A DNA stretch of 16,113 bases from a bacterium (lineage in GTDB: Bacteria > RBG-13-61-14 > DATKZS01), in assembly GCA_046484135.1 (NCBI GenBank), contig JAWOBU010000190.1:1-16113 (forward strand), in the 5' to 3' direction. The notes under the pieces are model-generated. The model saw only the letters and a program-made list of their open reading frames with translations. It searched no databases and was not told where the DNA came from. The first letter of the stretch is position 1; every line of letters begins with the position of its first letter. The position numbers and the translations under genes were made by a program. This document shows positions 8,435-14,892 of the stretch, piece by piece.

Positions 8435-8690
8435 GCCGGGTGGTTTGTGGCGGCTCAAGCCGCTCGCACGGGAGGAGGGGGAGAGGCAACGGCGGGACGG
8501 CGCTACGGTCAGAGATGGTCTCACGCAAAGGCACAGGGGCGCAGAGAAAAGGAAGATTTTTTTGACTATGGAACGGATGGCTTGTCGCGACGGCATCCTG
8601 CGCCTATGGGCGCCCGGATAGGCGTTATCCGGGGTAGCGGCGTGTCGGATAAATGCCGGTGTTTGTGGCGGGAGCGAGCCCCCGGTCGGA
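8435..8690. repeat. Intergenic cluster of short palindromes and REP-like repeats
   Basis: Direct repeat GTTTGTGGCGG at 8443-8453 and 8661-8671, each running into a GC hairpin. Hairpin CCCGGATA-N5-TATCCGGG at 8613-8633. Three degenerate 8-nt units at 8524-8547. Confidence 0.45.
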
Positions 8691-8716
8691 AAAAACCCTT
8701 ACGGAAAGTGGGTGAA

Positions 8717-9244
8717 TTATTCTACCTCTTTACCGCAGCTCTGGCAGTAAGGCAGGTCTGCGGGGGTGTCAATCTCGCAGTGGGGGCAGGTGCAGGTATG
8801 GTCATGTTTTTGCTCTTCCTGGTCGTGGTCATGGTCCACGTTCACCACTTCGGGGACGCTGCTTCCGCTTTCCTTTGCTTTGTAATAGCTCCGGATGGCG
8901 GCGTGCAGGGCGTCGGCTCCGAGGTTCGAGCAGTGCATCTTGTTGGCCGGCAGTCCTTCCAGCTCCTTGGCCACGTCCTTGTTGGAAATCTGGAGGGCCT
9001 CTTCCAGTTTTTTTCCCTTGGCCATCTCCGAGATCATGGAGGACACGGCAATAGCTGCTCCGCACCCGAAGGTCTTGAACTTGACGTCTTCCAAAGTGTC
9101 GTCTTTGACCTTGATGGTAAAGGTCATGATGTCGCCGCAGGCCGGGTTTCCGACCTCTCCGATCCCGTCCGGGCTTTCTATCTCCCCCACGTTCCTGGGG
9201 TTGGTAAAGTGGTCCATTACGGTCTGACTGTATTTGATGGCCAT
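8717..9244 (-). CDS. iscU: Fe-S cluster scaffold IscU/NifU-N with C-terminal His-rich linker and zinc ribbon
   Basis: YS..VMDHF.NPRNVG, GNPACGD, FGCGAAIA and LPANKMHCS motifs; AGGAGG upstream; tail CTCPHC-x10-CQSC. Confidence 0.93.
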   Translation of the reverse strand: MAIKYSQTVMDHFTNPRNVGEIESPDGIGEVGNPACGDIMTFTIKVKDDTLEDVKFKTFGCGAAIAVSSMISEMAKGKKLEEALQISNKDVAKELEGLPANKMHCSNLGADALHAAIRSYYKAKESGSSVPEVVNVDHDHDQEEQKHDHTCTCPHCEIDTPADLPYCQSCGKEVE

Positions 9245-9261
9245 TTTGCGTCCCTCCTGAA

Positions 9262-9288
9262 TATGAAAACCCGCCCGTCAAGGCAGGT
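9262..9288 (-). terminator. Terminator-like or mRNA-stabilising hairpin between iscS-like gene and iscU
   Basis: Minus strand ACCUGCCU-UGAC-GGGCGGGU (8-bp stem, two G-U pairs) followed by UUUCAUAU. Confidence 0.5.
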
Positions 9289-9301
9289 AGTTAAGAAGAT
9301 A

Positions 9302-10471
9302 TCACGAACCCTTCTTCTTGTAAAGCGGCGACATGTCCCGGAGCCGCTGCACAATGGGCGGCAGTATCTCGAAGACCTTGTCCACTTCCTCTTCGGTGTT
9401 GTCCTTGCCCAGGCTGAAAAGTATGGACCCCTGGGCTATGGCGTGGTCTATGCCCATGGCCAGCATAACGTGGCTCACCTTCAGGCTGCGGGAGATACAG
9501 GCCGACCCGGAAGCCACCGCCACTCCCTCCATGTCCATGAAAAGCAGAATGGACTCGCCCTCCACGAACTCGGCGCCCACGCTCACGTGTCCCGGCAGCC
9601 GGTCTTCGGGATGCCCGAACACGTGCAGGTTCTCAATCCTCTCCTCCAGGCCGGTCCGGAGCTTTTTGCCGAGCTTATGAAGATGCTCGCGTCTTTCGTC
9701 CATGTGCTTTTTGGCTTCCTCCGCGGCCACGCCCATACCTGCGAGAGCAGGCACGTTCTCGGTGCCGGCGCGCTTTCCTCCCTCCTGGATGCCGCCGTCC
9801 AACAAGGGCCGGATGCGGGTGCCCTTCTTGACGTACAGGGCGGCCGCGCCTTTGGGGCCGTAGAACATATTGGCTGCCAGGGAGAGAAGGTCCACATGAA
9901 GCTCGTTCACGTCGAGGGGCACTATGCCCGCGGAAGCCACCGCATCGGTATGAAAAGCCACCTTTTTGTCCTTGCAGATGCGGCCGATCTCGGCGATGGG
10001 CTGGATGGTCCCCACTTCCGGGTTGGCGTGCTGCACGGACACCAGGATGGTGTGGTCGGTGATGGCGTTCTCGACCTCGGCCGGGTCCACCTTGCCGGTG
10101 TTGTCCACCGGAACCTGGGTGATCTCGAACCCCGCCTTCTCCAGGGACTTCAACGCGTGCATGATGGAGAAGTGCTCGATAGGGGTGGTAACGATATGGT
10201 TGCCCTTGGACCGGAGAGCATCTGTTACTCCTTTGAAGGCGAAGTTGTTGCTCTCGGTTCCGCAGGAGGTAAAGATCATCTCCTCCGGCCTGGCCCCGAT
10301 CATAGAGGCGGTCTTCTCCCGGGCCTCGGTAAGGGCGGTCTCCGCTTCTTCCCCGAACCCGTGGATGGACGAGGGATTGCCGAATTTTTCCTTGTAAAAA
10401 GGCAACATGGCTTCCAGGGCCTCGGGAAGAAGGGGTGTGCCCGCAATGTGGTCCATGTAGATGCGGTCCAT
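9302..10471 (-). CDS. iscS: IscS/NifS-family protein (389 aa) lacking key catalytic residues; probable pseudo-desulfurase
   Basis: Start at 10471 with AAGGAG upstream. [28 protein letters not shown] and SGSAC motifs are present, but HK is replaced by NM and SIRFS by SILFS. Adjacent to iscU. Confidence 0.9.
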   Translation of the reverse strand: MDRIYMDHIAGTPLLPEALEAMLPFYKEKFGNPSSIHGFGEEAETALTEAREKTASMIGARPEEMIFTSCGTESNNFAFKGVTDALRSKGNHIVTTPIEHFSIMHALKSLEKAGFEITQVPVDNTGKVDPAEVENAITDHTILVSVQHANPEVGTIQPIAEIGRICKDKKVAFHTDAVASAGIVPLDVNELHVDLLSLAANMFYGPKGAAALYVKKGTRIRPLLDGGIQEGGKRAGTENVPALAGMGVAAEEAKKHMDERREHLHKLGKKLRTGLEERIENLHVFGHPEDRLPGHVSVGAEFVEGESILLFMDMEGVAVASGSACISRSLKVSHVMLAMGIDHAIAQGSILFSLGKDNTEEEVDKVFEILPPIVQRLRDMSPLYKKKGS

Positions 10472-10495
10472 GTTTACGATCTCCTTTCTTACGTT

Positions 10496-10523
10496 AAGAT
10501 AATCAGTCTCCCATACTTTACAA
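10496..10523 (-). promoter_or_regulatory. Possible promoter for iscS-iscU
   Basis: Minus strand TTGTAA (10523-10518), 16-nt spacer, TATCTT (10501-10496), within an AT-rich 94-bp spacer just upstream of the SD. Confidence 0.4.
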
Positions 10524-10565
10524 GTAACAGAATAGTTAAAATAGAGAATTTGCCGGAAAGTGAGG

Positions 10566-11558
10566 TCAGCCCCAGGAATCGCGCGCGGTCCGACAGAGGT
10601 ACTCACAGAAATCCAGGATGCGCTCCTCCAGCTTGACGCCTTCGAGCTCGTTTATCTGCCGGATCAGGGTGGGACTGGTTACGTTTATCTCGGTCAGAAA
10701 GCCTGCCACCACGTCCAGGCCGGCTATCCAGAGTCCTTCGCGTTTTAAAAGCTCTCCGGTTTTCTTGCAGATTTCCCGGTCTTTTTCGGTGAGAGTGGCT
10801 TTCTTGTATGTTCCTCCGGAGTGCAGGTTGGCCCGGTGGTCTCCCTTTTTGGGCATGCGGGTGACCGCTCCGATGGGCTCTCCTGATAGCATGATGATCC
10901 TTTTGTCTCCCCTCTGGTTTACGGGCAGGAACTTCTGGGCCAGGACCGCCTGTTTTCCGCTTTCGGTCATCATCTGGACCAGGGCCTCCCGGTTGGTGTG
11001 GTTCTTTTCGACCACTACCACCCCTTCTCCCCCGAAGCCGGGCAAAGGTTTTATCACGATCTTTCCGCCCGCTTCTTCCAGGAATTCCCTGATCCTGTTC
11101 TGGTCGCTGGTTACGATGGTTGGAGGCATGAGCTCGGGAAATCGGAGCGCCAGCATCTTCTCGTTTGCGAGCAGGAGTCCCCTCGGCCGGTTTATGACGA
11201 GCGCGGGAGGCCGGACCATGCTGAGGGTCTGCAATGCTGTTACATAATCGAGGTTGTAAGGCGGGTCCACCCTCATGAAGATGAGGTCCATGTCCTCGAG
11301 CGCGGTCTTTTTCTCCTTTCGGAGCGAGTAATGAGACGGGCTTTTCTTGAAGGGCCATTTTACCCTGGCCTCTGCCATGCGAGCCACGGGTGTTCCCTGT
11401 TCGATCTCGAGCCGGTCGGGGGTGAAGTACATGAGCTTGTGGCCTCGATTCTGTGCTTCCATCATGATGAGAAAGGTGGTATCGGTTTCGAGGTCCATGT
11501 TCTCGATGGGGTCCATGCAGAAGGCCATCTTGAGGTGTTCTTTCCTGGTTTTCTTCAT
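10566..11558 (-). CDS. gshB: Glutathione synthetase (330 aa)
   Basis: Start at 11558 (ATGA overlap with the gshA stop). MDP....DTT..M.EAQ.RG, MRVDPP, NEK, KPL.G.GG.G, GDKRI, RANLH.GG and EINVTSPT motifs. Confidence 0.95.
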   Translation of the reverse strand: MKKTRKEHLKMAFCMDPIENMDLETDTTFLIMMEAQNRGHKLMYFTPDRLEIEQGTPVARMAEARVKWPFKKSPSHYSLRKEKKTALEDMDLIFMRVDPPYNLDYVTALQTLSMVRPPALVINRPRGLLLANEKMLALRFPELMPPTIVTSDQNRIREFLEEAGGKIVIKPLPGFGGEGVVVVEKNHTNREALVQMMTESGKQAVLAQKFLPVNQRGDKRIIMLSGEPIGAVTRMPKKGDHRANLHSGGTYKKATLTEKDREICKKTGELLKREGLWIAGLDVVAGFLTEINVTSPTLIRQINELEGVKLEERILDFCEYLCRTARDSWG

Positions 11559-12802
11559 GAGTTCATTTCCTTTTCTTCGCGGGCCAGGGCCAGGCAGGCG
11601 AGGCGTGCCAGGGTTCCGTAGACGCTTAACAGGTCGGCCGCGTCCCGGCATCCTTCCTCGAGGGCCTCGGGCGCGGGTGTTTCCGCCTGGTGGAAACACA
11701 TCCTCCGGAACTCCATGCCGCGTACATTGAGGTTCTGGAACTCGCTTCTCTTGCGATGCAGTCGGTAGAAGCCTCCCACGGGCCGATCGCCCACGGTGTA
11801 GATCACCGGCTCCATGGGGGACCCGTCGAGCTGGTCCCGCGTGGGGATGCCCTCCTGAAGCAGGACCTGGTTCACCCGGGTCTTGCCTTTGCCGGTCCGC
11901 ATCTTGGTCCGGGTTTTGTGGGTCGCGTTTATGACGTCGTCGCCGGAGCGGACCAGCATCACGGCTATGCCGTAGGTCCCGGCGTTGTTTTTGATGAACA
12001 CGAACGGCTCGTCCGGGATGCCTCGCTCGTCGTAGTCCTTTTGGATTTTCTCGAGGAGCGTGTCCACCTTGACGGCAAGGAGATCGCGCTTTTTTTCATC
12101 ATCGAAGTCCGCGTCCTCGCACACCTCGAACCGGGAGGATATGCACCAGGGGTCTATGCCGGCAACCTCTGCGAACTCCATGAGCAACTCATGCAGGATA
12201 TTAAAATGACGGTGTTTTCTTCTCAGGTGCCACCCCATCCTGGTCGAGGGGACCACCGGTGTGGACAGGCCTTCCAGGATTTCAGGTACGCCCTGGCTGA
12301 AGTCGTTGTTGGATATGATGAGGTCCGGCTCAAACCCGTCCGGACCGGCCAGTATCCCGTTTTTTCTTACCAGCCGGTCCAGAAAAAGCTCTCCTTCCAT
12401 GCCTTTTCTTTGCACCCGGTCTTCGCGGAGTTCGGAGTCCACTATACCCACCCGGACGTGGTAGCCCGCCTGCTGGAGCGAGTCGGAGAGGCAACGCAGG
12501 TTCTCCATGTAGTAGTGGTTCCTGGTATGAAGCTCGGGAAAGATGAGGATGTTCTTCACTCCCGGCCAGGTCTCTTCCAGGTATTGGCGGAAGAAGCCGG
12601 GAATCTGCTTGAAGTACTTGGGACACAGGTTGTTGAAGCCGGCCGGATAAATGTTGCTGTCCACCACCGCCACCTTGTCCCGGGAGTCCCGGAGGTCAAA
12701 GGAGGCGTACAAAGGCGTCCCCAGTTTTTGCTTATACCCTTCAAACCACTGTTCAATCCGGTTGTGGTTTTCATCGAGTTTTTTCTTTATCTGGTTTCTC
12801 AT
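11555..12802 (-). CDS. gshA: Glutamate-cysteine ligase, ATP-grasp type (Acidithiobacillus ferrooxidans-type GshA family)
   Basis: PLY.S.DLR....VD.N.YPAGFNNL, PE.HTRN, NND.S, GW..RRK..HF, K...GTYG, QEG..T, EPV.Y and GGFYR motifs; translationally coupled to gshB. Confidence 0.88.
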   Translation of the reverse strand: MRNQIKKKLDENHNRIEQWFEGYKQKLGTPLYASFDLRDSRDKVAVVDSNIYPAGFNNLCPKYFKQIPGFFRQYLEETWPGVKNILIFPELHTRNHYYMENLRCLSDSLQQAGYHVRVGIVDSELREDRVQRKGMEGELFLDRLVRKNGILAGPDGFEPDLIISNNDFSQGVPEILEGLSTPVVPSTRMGWHLRRKHRHFNILHELLMEFAEVAGIDPWCISSRFEVCEDADFDDEKKRDLLAVKVDTLLEKIQKDYDERGIPDEPFVFIKNNAGTYGIAVMLVRSGDDVINATHKTRTKMRTGKGKTRVNQVLLQEGIPTRDQLDGSPMEPVIYTVGDRPVGGFYRLHRKRSEFQNLNVRGMEFRRMCFHQAETPAPEALEEGCRDAADLLSVYGTLARLACLALAREEKEMNS

Positions 12803-12811
12803 GGCAAAAGG

Positions 12812-13261
12812 TTAAAAGCTTTTTCTGCTGTCGAGGAGCAGGGTAACAGGCCCCTGGTTGGTAAGGGTTACATCCATCATGGCCTGGAACCTGCCGGTTT
12901 GAACTCGGACTCCTGCTGCTTTTACCCGCTCGGCAAACTTGAGATATAGGTCCTGGGCTTTTTCCTGCCCTGCCGCGTGGGAGAAACTGGGCCTTCGGCC
13001 CTTCCGGCAGTCTCCCAGCAGGGTGAACTGCGACACCACCAGGAGCTCACCCTGCACGTCAACTATGGACCGGTTCAGCTTGCCGTTCTCGTCCTCGAAA
13101 ACGCGAAGGCCCACTATCTTGTCCGCAAGATAGGAAGCGTCTTCCTCGCCGTCGTCGTCGGCAACTCCAAGAAGAACCAGAAAGCCCCCGCAGATTTCTC
13201 CCACCACCTCGAAAGCGACCTCGACCCGGGCCTCGCTCACCCGCTGCACCACCGCACGCAT
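12812..13261 (-). CDS. dtd: D-aminoacyl-tRNA deacylase
   Basis: [21 protein letters not shown] and N.GPVT motifs; GGAGG SD. Confidence 0.97.
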   Translation of the reverse strand: MRAVVQRVSEARVEVAFEVVGEICGGFLVLLGVADDDGEEDASYLADKIVGLRVFEDENGKLNRSIVDVQGELLVVSQFTLLGDCRKGRRPSFSHAAGQEKAQDLYLKFAERVKAAGVRVQTGRFQAMMDVTLTNQGPVTLLLDSRKSF

Positions 13262-13283
13262 GGCTCCTCCATAAAGACGCCGG

Positions 13284-13592
13284 CTACTTGTTGAGCTCGT
13301 GGCCCAGGCGCTTCTCCACTGTCTCGACCTTGCCGCGAAGCCGGTCTTCTGCGCCTTGCCGGTCGTCTATCTTGACGTTGGTGATGACGCGGCCCGAGCT
13401 CTCCCGCATCTTCCGGTGGCAGGAGGTGATAAGCTCCATGACATCATCCATCTCTCCTTCCACAATGGTCGCCATGGGAGTGAACTGGTAGCTTATGCCG
13501 CTCTCGTGCACGAGCTTTACGACCTCGGCTATCCACTCTCCCACGCTTTCGCCCTTGTCGAGCGGCACCACGGAAAACTCGGCCATCACCAT
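13284..13592 (-). CDS. MTH1187/YkoF-like thiamine-binding family protein
   Basis: AEFSVVP...ESV, Y..TPM.T.VEG, RV.T..KIDDR and KV..V pattern; 102 aa; GGAGG 7 nt upstream of the ATG. Confidence 0.85.
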   Translation of the reverse strand: MVMAEFSVVPLDKGESVGEWIAEVVKLVHESGISYQFTPMATIVEGEMDDVMELITSCHRKMRESSGRVITNVKIDDRQGAEDRLRGKVETVEKRLGHELNK

Positions 13593-13607
13593 TTCATGTC
13601 CTCCTTT

Positions 13608-14534
13608 TTACTCGATCCTGTCTCCGGGAGAAAGGCCCCTCCCTGCCAGGTAAGCGCCCGCGTCCATGCCCTTTTTGCCCGGCGGCTTCAGGGTAAGCAT
13701 CCGGATACTCCCGGTTTTGCAGGCCACCACTATTCCGCGCCGGTCCGCGGAGAGCACCTTGCCCGGAGGGGACGAAGACCGCGGCTCCGGCCGGGCGCTC
13801 ATGATCCGGGTCTGCTCTCCTTTTATAAAGGCGTACGCGCCGGGCCACGGATCGAACGCCCTGACCTTCCGGGCTATGGTATCAGCGTCTTCATGAAAGT
13901 CTATCCTGCCGTCCTCCTTTTTAAGCTCCCGCGCATAGGTGGCCCGGTCATGGTCCTGGGGGCTCGGCTCGATAGTTCCCTGTTCCAGGCCATGCAGGGT
14001 CTCTGCCACCAGGTCCGCGGACAGAGCGGCCAGCTTATCATGCAGGGTCCCGCCGGTGTCCTGTTCGGATATCTCGGTCTCCCGCTGAAGCAGGATATCG
14101 CCGGTGTCCATGCCATGGTCCATCATCATGGTGGTTACGCCCGTAACAATGTCGCCTTGCAGGATGGCCCATTGAACGGGCGCGGCGCCCCGGTGGCGGG
14201 GCAGGAGCGAGGCGTGGGCGTTTACGCAGCCTAGCTCCGGGAGCTCGAGAATCTCCTTTCCCAGTATCTCTCCGAAAGCTATGACCATGATTATGTCGGG
14301 CCTGGCCTTGGCGATATCTTTTATGGTCTCCGGCTCATTGGGATTCTCCGGTTGAAGAACAGGTATCTCCAGTGCACGGGCGGCCTCCTTTACCGGTGAC
14401 GGCCGCGGCTTTCTGCTCCTGCCCCGCGGCTTGTCCGGCCGGGTTATCACCAGCTCGAGCTCGTGTCCGTCCTCTGCAAGCCTTTGCAGGCAAGGCACGG
14501 AGAAGTCGGGCGTTCCCATGAATACGATGCGCAT
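13608..14534 (-). CDS. fmt: Methionyl-tRNA formyltransferase
   Basis: MRIVFMGTPDF, PDKPRGR, NAHASLLPRHRGAAP, MDTGDI and RAFDPWPGA motifs. Confidence 0.97.
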   Translation of the reverse strand: MRIVFMGTPDFSVPCLQRLAEDGHELELVITRPDKPRGRSRKPRPSPVKEAARALEIPVLQPENPNEPETIKDIAKARPDIIMVIAFGEILGKEILELPELGCVNAHASLLPRHRGAAPVQWAILQGDIVTGVTTMMMDHGMDTGDILLQRETEISEQDTGGTLHDKLAALSADLVAETLHGLEQGTIEPSPQDHDRATYARELKKEDGRIDFHEDADTIARKVRAFDPWPGAYAFIKGEQTRIMSARPEPRSSSPPGKVLSADRRGIVVACKTGSIRMLTLKPPGKKGMDAGAYLAGRGLSPGDRIE

Positions 14535-14540
14535 GGCCCT

Positions 14541-14546
14541 ATTATA
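14541..14546 (-). promoter_or_regulatory. Perfect -10 box 6 nt upstream of the fmt ATG (candidate leaderless promoter)
   Basis: Minus strand TATAAT-AGGGCC-ATG; no properly spaced SD. Confidence 0.5.
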
Positions 14547-14619
14547 AACCGGAGATTTGAAGGGAAAAAATTTGGATCTTCAGGATAAAGCGTACTTTCG
14601 TGCTGACGCAGACCTTTAA

Positions 14620-14710
14620 AGCACAATCCGCGACTTTGTCAAGGGGCATACCCGCGCGTGAGCGCGGCTCCCCTTGGGAGCCCTTGACAAAGTCTCAACC
14701 GGATTGTGCT
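14620..14710 (+). repeat. Internal branched hairpin 1 of the element
   Basis: 14620-14630 pairs with 14700-14710 (11 bp) and 14632-14645 with 14681-14694 (14 bp). The apex holds CCGCGC-GTGA-GCGCGG and CTCCC-CTT-GGGAG. Confidence 0.85.
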
Positions 14711-14719
14711 AAACTGAAA

Positions 14720-14837
14720 TTAGTGGGGAACAAAGAAAATAGCTCTTGGCGCAAGCTGGACAAACCGGCTGGGTAAACAACGTAAACATTGTATTATCCT
14801 GAAATACCAAGAGTTCATTTTCTTTGTTCCCCACTAA
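14720..14837 (+). repeat. Internal branched hairpin 2 of the element
   Basis: 14720-14740 pairs perfectly with 14817-14837 (21 bp), continued by 14741-14749 with 14807-14815 (one G-U). The apex holds two further small stems. Confidence 0.85.
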
Positions 14838-14892
14838 AACAATCTTCAAACTCCAGGTTCAAGTACGCTTAATCCTGATGAACCAAAAATTT

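Larger units (their letters stand above)
14574..14884. mobile_element. Non-autonomous miniature inverted-repeat element (MITE), 311 bp, ISL3-like ends
   Basis: Left end GGATCTTCAGGATAAAGCGTACTT (14574-14597) versus reverse complement of the right end GGTTCATCAGGATTAAGCGTACTT (14861-14884): 21/24 identical. Flanked by the direct repeat AAAAATTT (14566-14573 and 14885-14892). No ORF inside in the track. Confidence 0.8.

Noticed and set aside
8435..8690. CRISPR array
   Set aside because: Only two 11-nt repeat copies 218 nt apart, no regular repeat-spacer periodicity and no cas genes.
8690..8713. Intrinsic terminator after iscU
   Set aside because: A U6 tract is present on the minus strand, but the stem is only about 4 bp or bulged, too weak to call.
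10500..10560. IscR/Rrf2 operator upstream of the iscS-like gene
   Set aside because: Only a weak TAAC-N6-GTTA dyad that does not convincingly match a known IscR motif, and there is no regulator gene in the cluster.
8447..10636. 729-aa plus-strand ORF
   Set aside because: Antisense shadow of iscU and the iscS-like gene, which share a reading frame (their ends are 585 nt apart). No recognisable motifs, and such stop-free antisense frames are common in GC-rich coding DNA.
10603..14234. Alternative ORFs over gshB, gshA, dtd and fmt (e.g. 11690-12949, 13299-14234)
   Set aside because: Shadow ORFs of confidently identified genes.
14574..14884. Retron msr-msd, SRP RNA, RNase P RNA, tmRNA, 6S RNA or tRNA as the identity of the structured element
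   Set aside because: No reverse transcriptase in the window and none of the signature motifs of those RNAs are visible. The flanking 8-bp direct repeat points to transposition. An Rfam search is still needed to exclude them formally.
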